A DNA stretch of 64,000 bases from Selaginella moellendorffii (taxonomy: Eukaryota > Plantae > Lycopodiophyta). The notes below the pieces were generated by a model. The model made no database searches, had not been told where the DNA came from, and saw only the letters and a list, made by a program, of their open reading frames with translations. How positions within the stretch are numbered: the stretch's first letter is position 1; every line of letters begins with the position of its first letter. Location of the stretch: the NCBI RefSeq assembly GCF_000143415.4, contig NW_003314266.1, forward strand, positions 1,262,463-1,326,462. The letters run 5' to 3'. Positions 24,952 through 37,400 of the stretch are shown one piece after another. The translations under genes and the position numbers were made by a program.

Positions 24952-25545
24952 TAGGGTGTCTTAGCTGTGAGACACAAAATCCCTAGGCCCCAAAGTGGAG
25001 CCGGAAGGGCGCCACGTGGTAGTGGCCGAAGCGAGAGCCAAACGAGCGTAACACGTTTGGACCAAAAGCTCCGACTTGAAAAATCAAGAGCGGGAGTGGA
25101 ACTCCCAACGAAGTGCTCGAGGAATGAGCACGAAGCGAGCCATAGGCGAGGCTCCAAAAAGGGACCCAAAAAGGACCAACACATGACACGTGGAAGTGTT
25201 CGAGATGGACCCAAGATGGAGTCCGAGGTGGAGTCCGAGGTGGAGTCCGAGATGGACCCGAGATGGACCCGAGATGGACCCGAGATGGAGTCCGAGATGG
25301 AGTCCGAGATGGAGTCCGAGGTGGAGTCCGAGGTGGACCCGAGATGGACCTGAAATGGAGTCCGAGATGGACCTGAGATGGAGTCCAAGGTGGAGTCCGA
25401 GGTGGAGTCCGAGGTGGACCCGAGATGGACCCGAAATGGAGTCCGAGATGGAGTCCGAGATGGACCCGAGATGGACACGAGATGGAGTCCGAGATGGAGT
25501 CCGAGATGGACCCGAGATGGAGTCCGAAGTCGAGACCGAGACCGG

Positions 25546-25577
<32 letters not shown>

Positions 25578-26617
25578 TCGGGACCAAGACCGAGACCGAG
25601 GCCGAGCCCGAGCTCAAGTTCGAGTCCGAGTCCGAGTCCGAGTCCGAGTCTGAGTTCGAGTCTGAGAGGGTGAAAGCCCAAAGCGTTCGTGTCCCAGACC
25701 CTAGGGGGTTTGGTGAGCTCCAAAAGTATAGTAGGGGGAGGACTGCAGTGGAGCCAGTTTGGCCAGGAAAGGCCAGTTTGGCCCAGGAAGGCCGGACCCA
25801 GTGTTGGATGATGAGCTGCCCACTGGGAAGTCCAAGACTAGAGTGAACACGGACCGACAAATGGGGTAGCTTGGTGAAGTGTTCAAGAGCCAGCTCTAGT
25901 TCCCCCGGGAGATCGTTTAGCCGATACTCCCAGTCCAAGTGTGGGTGGCACTACCTACTTGGATACCTGGTGTGGCTCAACGGAACCTCGCTCTAAGCCT
26001 ATGGCTAGAGCACCCACAGGCGGAAGGCAGGGAGAGTACCCATGAGGCCCACGTAGGGCCACGGTGTTCCGAAATGGTGTCCCAAAGTCCCAGACTGTGG
26101 ATAGGAAGAGGGGTAGCCCTCTGGTGTGGTGACTAAGGACACAGTCACACAGTGAGGAAGTCCTAGAGGATAGTGGGACTTAGTGGTCGGGCCGGTGGGC
26201 CTTGATCCAGTGGCAGTGTTGGCAAACACAGCCAAGGACAAAAAGGGACTTGGTGGGGAACGGAACCGAGATATTGGGGAAGGCTATTCCCCATGTCTAT
26301 AGGCATCCTAAGGATGTTAAGGAGTGGATCTGGGATGATCACTTATGGACGGATGACCCAGTCTTTGAGAGACGGGATTGGAATGCAGGTGGTGTTGGAA
26401 CCACCAGTGTGACCAAGGTAAATGGGCATAGCCTTAGCGTAATGGGCTGATACGTCAGTGGTACCTTGGGGTGTCGATCATGGGATCGGACACGTGGAGC
26501 ACTTGGACCAAGTGCTAAGGTTGAGTGGCATGGGTGCCATTCTCGGGGCTAGCAAGCCCCAAGTCCTGAGTTGGACTTATGGACGTTGTGAATGAGACTC
26601 CTTCAAGTGGTCGGAGG
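24952..26617. mobile_element. Unclassified GC-rich element with a subterminal minisatellite, running into a gap
   Basis: Abrupt AT-to-GC transition at TAGGGTGTC, then a repeat array and stop-riddled coding-like DNA. Confidence 0.45.
25200..25662. repeat. Compound minisatellite: mixed 11-mer (CCGAGATGGAC) and 12-mer (CCGAGRTGGAGT) units, then (GACCGA)n and (GTCCGA)n
   Basis: Directly visible; produces the low-complexity WSPR, MESE and SDSI ORFs. Confidence 0.95.
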
Positions 26618-26717
26618 NNNNNNNNNNNNNNNNNNNNNNNNNNNNNNNNNNNNNNNNNNNNNNNNNNNNNNNNNNNNNNNNNNNNNNNNNNNNNNNNNNN
26701 NNNNNNNNNNNNNNNNN
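26618..26717. other. Assembly gap (100 N)
   Basis: N run. Confidence 1.
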
Positions 26718-27559
26718 ATGGTTCAGAGAAATTTCTATTTTTTGAATCTTTCTAATGCAATTTATACAATAAAATACTTTTTCTAGAATTAGAAGTTCGT
26801 TTAAACCCATAGAAAATTTTGGGCTTTATTGGTCCTAAATAAAATGGGAATATTGAAGTTCGAATGAACCTAAAATTTCTATTGTACATTTCAACATTTT
26901 AACATTTCAACAATTGACCAGAAATATATAAATAATTTGGAAAATTGATTCACTTATTCATTCTTTAGGGTTTACAGAGATGGGAAGCAAGGAAGACAAA
27001 AAATCTAACAACAATAAACCTATATTCCTATAGTTGTAGAGGACTAATATATCATTTTTGGCAATATATAATAGTTTTAATTAGGATAATCAAGTTCAGC
27101 TTAAACAAAAGGAATAATCATAAGGTTCTCTATACTCCTTGTTATGTGCAAATTTGTTTTTAATAAAACAATTAATGATGTGTAATCATATCTTATTAAT
27201 TTTAGCTAATCTCAACCACAAGAGCAATCCTCACAACATCCTGGAGGGTGTGATCTTTATTAACTTACCATACTCGCTAACTTTGTTGGATATAGCCTTA
27301 GTATAATTTACATCTAACATACAAATTTTGGAACTTTAGCATACTTATTTATGATATTTGAGTGTTGAAAGGATTAAATAGCTCCTATGAGAGTAAATGT
27401 TAAAGGTTAAACAAAAGTAATTCTTTCAAAATTTTACCAAGGTTGTTACATACTAACCATTTGTTAAGATTGAAGCAACTTGAGCAATAAATCTAGAAAT
27501 TTTTTAATTTATACACTTATTGATGTATATAATTTAATAGTACCACAAAGTGAGAGGTA

Positions 27560-27800
27560 TTTAATATTTTATGAGTTCCATTGATGATATAGCTAGGGTA
27601 ATTTACAAATTCTAATTATTATATTACTTCCACACCTTCAAGGAAATAGGAGAAACTCATACTAGGAAAACTATTAAGTGATTGAGAAGTGACAATGGAG
27701 GCAAATTGACTATTATTGTGTAGAGTGGAATTTTGTAAAATCTCACTACACAAAAGACTTGCTAAAAAAATGTGATTGATGAGAGGAAAAATTATATATT
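27560..27800 (+). mobile_element. Ty1/copia integrase relic
   Basis: TTGAGAAGTGACAATGGAGGC encodes LRSDNGG (~27682), with an IDD-like motif upstream. Confidence 0.6.
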
Positions 27801-28639
27801 ACTTTCTAATGGTTTATCATGAAACTTTTAGTTTTATATTGGCACTCCATTGTAATGTGTAATGTTGTGTCAAGACAAGAAGCTCCCATTCAATACCTCA
27901 ATTTTGGTGATGATGCTTCTTGTCCCATTACTTCATAGATTGCTTATGAATTTCATTTTTATATGATACTGTAAAGACATTAATCAAAGTGTACTACCAA
28001 TTTTTTGTTCTTATAACATTAATAAAGTTCTTTGGATTATATTCATAATAAATTGCAACATTATCGTCTTTAAATTTCAATTTTTGCAACAGAACTCTGT
28101 CAAAGTCAAGAAAACATTATTCTAAAAGAAACTTTAACTATAAACTTGTGAGATGAATATACTACATCACTAAAAGTGTAATAAAAATATTCTCCAATAT
28201 CAAACCATTCCACGCTTACTACACCATCAGTTTTGTGTTCTAGAAGGAGGCTAGTAGTCTCCAAGTTTTTGATAAACAATGTGAAGATCTCATTACCACC
28301 CAAGTTGATTATATACATTAATAGTTTATGATCTATAGATAACTTAAAATCTCCAAGTTACACATAGTTTACACTTATGTAATTAAGAAGAAGAGAGAAA
28401 CAAGGAAAAATCATACATCCTAATGAGCAAAGGGATAACAACATAGAATGATGTTGGAAGAGTTCTAGAACTTCTAACATTTTAATGCTAAAACCAACAT
28501 ACTAAATGAAGCCAAACAAAGTTTGGCACTATTGCCTAATGTGAGGATATGGGTTAGTATGATATAGAATTTAAGCCTAAACCCAAGTTAAATGTAGAAC
28601 AAAGATAAGCACACAAGGCCACCCCCCCCCCCCAATCAA

Positions 28640-29460
28640 ACATATATGTGAAAGGATGTCCAGCTTGAAGCAATATGGCCCCAATAACAATATCACTCGC
28701 ATTTGTCCTGACCATAAAAAGCTGCTTAGGATAAAAAAGTTTCAACATAGGAGCAAAGACATAATATTACTTCAAACACTTATGAATAGTATTATGTTTT
28801 GATGTGTTTTGGAGAAGATTGGCCAAAGGAGTAGCTATTTTTGATAAGTCCTTCACAAATCGTTAAAAAGTTTTAGCTAAACTAAAGAAACTACAAAGAT
28901 CATGCATAGTCGAAGGTATAGACCAATTAACCACGACTTAAATCTTTGTGAAATTAACTCTTATAATATGCACTGAAATCAAATACTCCTTCAAGAAAAA
29001 CTCACATTATATTTGAATAACTTTGAGTAGAGAGCTTGTTGTTCCTCAAAAGTTGCAAACACTTTGCACATATAACCAAGATTTATAATTTGGAATGAAG
29101 GATGGTTAAAAATCCTTTGAATTGTCAAAAGAACATTCAAAGCCCATTCACTATAAATACAAGTGTTACATCTATTTGCTATAACCACCTCATAGATTAT
29201 TAAGCTTTTTTCTAAAGGCAAACCAAGTTTCTTCACCACTTTAGAACTCAAAAAGTTGAGTGTAACACTTGGATCATAACCACACTACCTTGAATGTCCC
29301 CCTTGGCTTTCACAAGTTGATTATGCATAGAACTATTGAGCTTTACAGAGTTGATATAACCTCAAAATTTAGCTTCTTGAACTTTTGCCATAAGGTGTGG
29401 AAAAGCTACTATATTAAATGCCTAAGTTGTATTCATGATGAATTCTACTATATTCACTTT
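28640..29460 (-). mobile_element. Decayed Ty3/gypsy pol relic of a second family
   Basis: RNase H-like FMVRTNASDIVIGAILLQAGHP, linker-like FVKDLSKIATPL, protease-like NFLSSKVVKKLGL. Confidence 0.75.
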
Positions 29461-29929
29461 AACATTCTTTAATCCCTTCACAATAAAACAATCTTTGCCT
29501 TGATATCTAGCCTTGTAGTAATGAAAACAATTACCCTCCACTTTGTCTTTCTTTTGTTGGTTCAAATGAAGTTTCTTGACCTCATTGCCATCTTCATTCT
29601 TTAAGCCACATTACAGCAATGGTCATTTCTTCCCCAAATATGAAGCATCAGCTAATTAGTCATCATGTTGACTACCCTATAGACCATCCTATTGACCAAA
29701 GTTGACTAATTTGACTGACAGTTTTGGCAAAAAAACTGAGCCTTAATGATGGCATGACCTATAAGTATTATCACTTATCCTTATAATGGTTGCAAGCTCA
29801 ACTTTCCCACAATTCCAATCAACAATTAACTTCTTAGCTATCACAAATATTTTGTGATAATTTTCATTCCACGATGCTATAATTTTTAGCATATTTTACA
29901 TATCAATGGTATTCATGGATAATTTTCAC

Positions 29930-32138
29930 ACTTTACCCTATAGTGTTTTACCAAAGGATAACCATAAAGTAGAACTTTAACCCCTAGTCACGTAAGCTAA
30001 GGGTAATTGTAGCGTATGTGATTATGGGATGAGATTTAGATATACTGTCATCGTGGATCCTTGGAAATTTAGGGGATAAATGGGGAAAAAAGAGCCACTA
30101 AGGGCTCTCTCATTAAGCAATTGCCCTTTTTCCAGTTGGCTTAAGGGGAGAGAGATAAGGTGTATTACAATTGATATCGGAGCAAATGGCACAGGTTCGA
30201 TTCCTATTGATTAGTGGCTACTTAAAAATATAATATACCTTTGAGCAAGGTATATTCCTAACCCTAAATTTGAAATCGTACATATTGAACATCCATGTGT
30301 ACGTCCTTCCTCTTGTGTGGAGTATCCACGGACGAAGGTATCCACCGTGGGACTGCGGTGCGGGTGGATGACTAGTTGCCTCACATGGAATAGTTAGTCT
30401 ACACAATGAAAGGATTGGTAGATTCAAGCCGAAAATGGAGGTAACAACATTGACATCTCTAAAGGGGGGGTGAGTGTAACGCATGTGATCATGGGATGAA
30501 ATTTGGATATACTGTCACCGTGGATCCTTGGAACCTTAAGGGATAAATGAGGAAAAAATAGCCACTAAAGGCTCTCTCATCAAGCAATTGCCCCTTTTCC
30601 AGTTGGCTTAAGGTGTGCTATAGTAGTGGAACAAAACCCAAATTCACTTGAGCCACTAAACTAAGAGACAAAGCCAAACTCCAAATATATAACCAATGAG
30701 TGAAGGAATTAAAGCACGAAATGACTTATGAGCATTCAACTCAAGGAGTGAAGGAGTAAGAGCATAAAGAAACTCCCAAGTGTTCAACAAAAGGAGTAAA
30801 AAGATAGGGGCACAGAGTGTTAAAATAGTTCTAGAGCTTCCAGCATCCCAATGTCAAAACCAATACGTAAAATGAAGTTAAATAAAGTCTAGTGTTATTT
30901 TAGCATATTAGTGGTCTAACACGAGGATATGGAATTTAGCCAGATGCAAAATAAAGATAAGCATGCAAGCAAGAGCTAAACTATACCTCAAGTTGATCAA
31001 CCATGCCTAACCTAGCCATTATCACTATATATTTGAAAGCCCCCACAACACTACCTTATAATATTTTATTATAGGATAACCATGAAGTGGAACTTTAACA
31101 CTTAGACATGTAGACTAAGGGCAATGGAGCAAAACTTGAGTTCAAGGCTTTAAGCCATTTAAAGAAGAGATGAAGCAAAACTCCTAACCATATAACTACA
31201 AAGCGAATGAACTAAAGTATGGATGATTTCTAAGCATTCAGCTCAAGGAATGAAAGAGTAAAAGCATGGACTAACTCCCGAATTTATAGCTCGAGGAACA
31301 AAGGGATAAGAGCACATAGTGGCATTGGAACACTCTTAGAGTTTATAACATCCCAATGTCAAGACTAGTACAGAAAACAAAGCCAAATGGAGTCTAATGC
31401 TATTTCAATATATCAGTGGCCTAACGTGAGGATATAAATACTCCATCAATTATCATGGTATAGAGCTTGGCGCTTAGACCCAAGTCAAATGCAAAACAAA
31501 GATAAGTACTCAAGCAAGAGCTAAACTATGTGTCAAATTGGTTAGTCATGCTTGACTTACCCACTATCACTATTATATATTTAAAAGCCCCCACAATGTT
31601 ACCCTATGGTGTTTTACTATAGGATAACCATAAAGCAAAACTTTAACCCTTGGACATGTGGGCTAAGGGCAATAGAGCAAAACTTGCATTTAGAACCTTA
31701 ATTCACTTAAAGAAAAGACAAAGCTAAACTCTTGAATATACAGTTAAGGAGTGAATGAACTAGAGCACAAATGACTTCTGAGTGTGCAATTCAAAGAGTT
31801 AAAGAGTAAAGTACAAATAACTCCCAAGCGTATAACTCAATGAGTGAAGGGATAGGAGCACATTGTGACATTAGAACAGTCCTAGAATTTTTAGTATCCT
31901 AATGTTAGAACTAGCATGCAAAACAAAACCAAATAGAGTTTAATGTTATTTCAACATATTGGTGGCCTAACACAAGGATATAAATATTCTATTAGCTAAC
32001 ATGGTATAGAGCTTGAGCTTAAACCCAAGCCAGGTGCAAAATAAAGACATGTATGCAAATAGGTGCTAAACTATGCATTAAGTTAATCAATTATGCCCAA
32101 CCTACCCACTATCTCTATTACATATTAGAACCCCCCAT
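29930..32138. repeat. Three diverged tandem units of ~545 bp; unit 1 is interrupted by a TRIM
   Basis: Anchor GGATAACCAT recurs at ~29956, ~31074 and ~31622; AAAGATAAG-like anchor at ~30953, ~31498 and ~32043. A partial unit lies at ~28420-28620. Confidence 0.9.
30008..30622 (+). mobile_element. Complete TRIM (terminal-repeat retrotransposon in miniature), 615 bp
   Basis: LTRs at 30008-30169 and 30475-30622, degenerate iMet PBS TGATATCGGAGC, G-rich PPT before 30475, TSD GTAAT/GTAGT, no coding capacity. Confidence 0.92.
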
Positions 32139-32547
32139 GGGAATGATCTCCTCAACACCATAGGAGCAAATTGTTGCAATGCACAATCTGGAAGAGAAGA
32201 GAGTGCATGAGAAAAGCCACAAAGCACCATAAAACCCTAGACCTTGCTTGGCAAGCATACCCTCACTAGATTTGTAGTGATGTCATCTGTTGTTTAAGAT
32301 GATATGGCATCAGTTTTATGTGGTAATTTGAGGTGTTATGCCCTATGCATACATGGTATACCCTATAACAAAATATTATATACATAATCATGTTGCTTAT
32401 ATAGGAATTGAACTTGATTGTGTGCATAATAATTCTGCATGCAACTCAAAAATAAATAAATAAATGCACACATGTGTAAATATATAATGCTCCCATGGGT
32501 AATTACATATTTGTTGTGATAGATAAAATTCAAAACAAATTGCTACA

Positions 32548-32882
32548 TATTGCATGTAGCAACATTTGGTTTCCTTAATAGTAGTGTTATTGCTACTTAT
32601 TAATCCAATTTATCAAATAGAGTTTATAATTATAAGCATATTTGTAATTTATAAACACAAAATTAATCTCATTGCAAATCAACCATTAGATAAAATAAAA
32701 AAGAATACACTAGAAAGGGTTTAAGAAAGTACATAAATTATAAGCATGTTTATAAATTATAAATACAAGATTAATCTAAATGAATAAAAACTGTTAAATC
32801 ATAGAATATTCTAGAATATTCAAGCATATTCTAGACATATCCACTACCATCCCAGTCCCCTATAGGTTTGCTTAAGCAAACC
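32548..32882 (-). repeat. AT-rich dispersed repeat, copy c, ending in an 18-bp palindrome
   Basis: Reverse complement of 8190-8480; GGTTTGCTTAAGCAAACC at 32865-32882. Confidence 0.7.
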
Positions 32883-34481
32883 AAAAATTAAAGTAATAAG
32901 ATATTTTGATTATTTCTCATAATAAAATTTAAAACAATGTATTAATAATTATTAAATTTCACATGTAGTGTATATATGATGAAATTGATTAAATGTTTCT
33001 TCCATAGTGTTATATAGCACTCTTTATAACTCAAATCATGTTATTATTTACCTTTTTTACTTTCTTTGATTTTTATATAGAAATACTTAGTAAATTATAT
33101 AATAAATAACTTACCCACACATAACTTTATTTTAAAAATTAAATTTATAATTTTTATTTGCAAAATATTTTATAATAATTTGAATATTTTATGAAATTAT
33201 TAGCTGTTTTATATTAAACCCTAATAAAGTTTATGCTACACATAACTCTTAATTTATATTCTTTAATCTTAACAAACAATTATCATAAAATGAGATTTTT
33301 TCCCCACTTTAAGTGGATATAAAATTTTGAATAAGATTTCTTAGTTACTTTAATGGGATATATAAATACAACCCTCACTTTTCAACTTATAGGTTGAATT
33401 CTTCAAGTTTGTTTTTAACTTATTTGATAAGAATGCAACATAATCATATTTTATAACTTTATGTAAATATTGTTTTTATAATAAATAAAAAATATTTTAG
33501 CCTTTATCACATACTACATAGTCTAATTACATTGTAAAATATATTACTATAAGAGGATTTTGTTAATGAACATTGTTTCCTGTTTATTCTTTAGTTCTGA
33601 AATTTTTGGAGCAATAATTGATAAAATTATACTATATTATACAACACAAATTGATTTTAATATAAAATAAAAAATTCATCAACAAGAATAGTCGTCACAT
33701 AAATTGTCATATTTATAAAAATGCTTTTATGTGCCTTAAATTCCTTGCACATAATTGTATTGTAATTGTAATACTTGTTATCAAAATAAATTTCACTATG
33801 TATTAGTTGGATATAATATCAAAGTTGTATAGTTGATGAGACTAACAACATTTAGCAGCTTCATATGGGTAATTTCTAAAATTTAAAAGCAATGGCTGGA
33901 CATCTAAACTACTATGGTGGGTGATGTAATTAATATTCAAGTCTCTTCATAATTTGTATGGTCTTGAAAATGATCTTGTATGTTATTGATTCCTTAATTA
34001 CAAAATTCTTCTCATCATAATCAAGATTCTCACAAAGTTGTAATTTCATGTTAACTTAACTTGAAGATGAACAAAAGCTATTTTCGTCCTTCTCAATATC
34101 CAAACATAAAACTAGGGCAAAAGTTGACTTTATTATATATAATTTCTATTTCCAGCTAGCACTATTGTTTTATTCTAATGTGAATATATCCCATTAGGTA
34201 TAGTTTATATTGTTAAAGCTATCACTATAAATGTTTTTTTGTTGTAATAATTGTCATAATTGAGAATTATAGAAAATTTCTATAATTCTCAGAGAAACTA
34301 TAATTCTACAACTATAATACTACAACATTGCTCAGATAGTCGAGAATCTGTAGTTGAGAATTATAGTTGATTTCGCTTGTGCTTTTAAACTTTTAACTAT
34401 TCTTAATGTTTATGTTTGAGTATATTATAGTTGAATTTTGATATTGATCTAAAAAAAAAGTTAATAATATATTTATAATGT

Positions 34482-37400
34482 TGTGAGTGTTTGGAATATG
34501 AAAAGAGAATACAAAAAATGTGCATATCTATTAGCCCAAAAGCCCTAGCTTATATACAAGAGCAAGTGGTTCAAATTGAAACCAATCTGACGGCTACCAA
34601 AATCCCACTACGCTAATATTAATATACGGCATCGTAGCCATACACTTGGCCCTCACATCATCCCCTCGTCTCGGAATAATGGAAGACTATCAGGCTTCAC
34701 TTCTAGACAGGCCGGGATCTAGAGGAACGTTAGGGGACACATTGGCAAATTTGTAGGTGGTATTAACTGCTCCTGATCCCTTTGTATAAAGCGTTTCAAC
34801 TGTTGCACATGCACAATCTTTGGAGGATCGACTTACTAGACGTCATGCCAAACCTCATAAACTTGTGGTCTAATTTGCCGCAACACCCAATATGATCCTT
34901 TCCACTGCGTAGGGAGTCCCTTAGATAAACCATATACCGTAAAATAGAGAAAACGAACTAACACCAAATCATCCACTTTGTATTCCACATGTGGACGATG
35001 ATGGGAATTGTAGCACCATTGTTGTCCCACTTGTACGCAGCTTAAGTGTTCAGTAGACTCTACTCGGACAAGTGGAAGAATGCTCATCAAATATTAATCC
35101 CATGACCTAGCATCGCCAGCTCGTGGCAATTGCGAAGATAAACCTAGCTCCATTAGTAATATTGGATCATGACCATATAGGAGTTTATATGGTGAAGCAC
35201 CAACAGAACTCTACATCCTTGTGACATATGCATATCGAAGAGACGGCAAATAACCATCCCAATTCGAATGCTGAAAGTTCACATATTTCACAATCATTTT
35301 TTTGAATGTCCGAACAAGCCATTCCACCAGACCGTGATTGTGGATGATAAGCACTCGTGAAAATGTGGCATATCCCCAATCGAGAGGTCAAAACATGAAA
35401 TGCCTCAGCCATAAATGCAGGACCATTATTTGAAAGAATCTACTCTAGACAAAAATGTTGGAATACCACTCGATTGAGGAGGAAGTATCCAACAACAGTT
35501 GCAGAGGCACTAGTGAGAGCACCAACTTCCACCCAACGAGTCAAGTAGTCAGAAGTAATAATAACATACTCATTGCTAGCAGTTGACCATGGAAAATGTC
35601 CCATAAAATCAAATGCCACTAACTCAAATGGACGGAAAACTGTAATTGACTCTAACTGTACTTTTGCAGCACGAGGGGGAGTATTACGAGCTTAGCACCA
35701 AACGCAACTGCGCACATACCGAATAATATCACATCGTATCTTCGCCAATAAAAAGACCTGCGCAGCTTCTCGGTTACACGACGATATCCTATATGCCCAC
35801 CTAGAACAGGAGAATCATGGTAGGCATGGAGAAACTGCGGAATAAAGACAAAAGGCACCACCAACTATAAATGATCATCAAGATCCGTTCCCACAAAATA
35901 AAGAAGGTTGTCTTCAAGATGATATTGAAAATATAAATGCCGAAAAGGCAAGTCATCAACAAGTGATGTAGGATTCTCAAACCCATCTCGAAGCCTTCAA
36001 ATCCACGGCTCAATCTTTTGAGCCTCGCGAACCTCATCAAGAGAAGGTAGATCTTGCTTCGTGCCTTGTGGACATTGAACGTCAAATACAACAACCACTG
36101 ACGACATAGAATCCTCATTTAGAAAATCCACAGATGCTGGAACAACAGGCTCGTCAGAAACATGAGAAGAGAGTGGAGAAGGAAGAGGAGCTCGAGAAAG
36201 GGCATCAGCATTAGCTATAGAACTCCCTGGGCAATGAACAACATCAAAATCATATATCTCAAGCTTCAAAGCCCATCGAGTAGTACGACCAACCAAGTTC
36301 TTCTACTTCAATAATGAAGTAACATTAGTATGGTCACCTTCAAGTAACGTCCGAGAACCATGTAGATATGCATAAAGTTTTTCGAAACTCTAGATTACTA
36401 CTAAACACTCCTTCTCTGTTGTGGAGTAGTTCATCTCTGCTGGTTGTAATGCACAGCTTATATACGCAATAGGATGGCACTGACCAAGCACACTTGAGCT
36501 CTCTTGCATCAACACACATCCAAGACCAATGTCAGAAGCATTCACGCGCAAAATAAAAGGTCGAGTATAATTAGGAAATGCCAAAACCAGAGGAGTTGTC
36601 AATAGCTCTTTGAGATCCAGGAACGTCCGCTCATAATCCGGAGACCAGATGAAAGATGGCATTGATGACTTCAGCAATGCTCGCAATGGTGCAGTGCAAT
36701 TAGAAAGATGATCCACAAAACGACTGAGATACTGCACCTTGCCGAGGAAGCGCTACACATCATTCACACACTTTGGAATAGGGAACTTTAGAACAGCCAC
36801 AGATTTGTTGGGATCAACTTACAAACCCTCATATAAAATACAGTACTCAAGATAAATTGTGTCCTTGGACTTAAATATGCATTTTGACTGCTTCAGCTTT
36901 AAACCAATGTTGCGTAGCCGATACAACAATTTACAAATATCACGAATGTGCTCTTCCCACATCCCCTCTGAGTGGATCAAGACATCATCAATGAAATCAA
37001 TAGTCACCTCCGGCATATCGCAAAGAACCTCATCCATCATCTGCTGGAAAGTTGCTGGAGCATTGTTCAAACTAAACAGCATCATCAAAAACTCATACAA
37101 ACCAAATGGTGTATGAAAAACAATCTTAGGAATATCTTCTTCGGCCATTGGTACTTGCCAGTACCCAAAAGCAAGATCTAGCTTAGTTAACCAACGACTT
37201 CGCCCCAGACGATCTAAGAGATCAGTAGTGTGAGGAAGAAGGTACACATCTAGGATCATCACTTCATTTAACGGACGATAGTTTATGCAGAAACAAATAC
37301 TCCCATCAGGTTTCGTCACAAGATGAGGTTCATATACCCAAGGACTTTGCGACTTCCAAATAGCACCCTTCTCCAACATCTCCTTGACATTTACATGTAA

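Larger units (their letters stand above)
20049..34481 (+). repeat. Segmental duplication, unit 1
   Basis: 20049-22027 matches 39188-41174; 30918-32235 matches 41173-42490; ~32625-34481 matches 42645-44493. Confidence 0.92.

Noticed and set aside
25200-25662. CRISPR-like array, or real WSPR/MESE/RD-repeat proteins
   Set aside because: Units are contiguous with no unique spacers and no cas genes are present. The ORFs exist because the repeat lacks stop codons.
30008-30169. Cassandra element with 5S-derived LTR
   Set aside because: No 5S rRNA similarity visible.
30171-30210. tRNA gene
   Set aside because: Only a PBS and a B-box-like motif are present, with no cloverleaf, and it lies inside a TRIM.
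31585-31610. CA-A-TG junction suggesting head-to-tail solo LTRs in the 545-bp array
   Set aside because: Other units read CACTAC, CCCTAC or TATTAC here, so the TG is probably a decayed CpG rather than an LTR end.
33880-34140. Possible DNA-transposase relic in AT-rich DNA
   Set aside because: No diagnostic motif could be read by eye.
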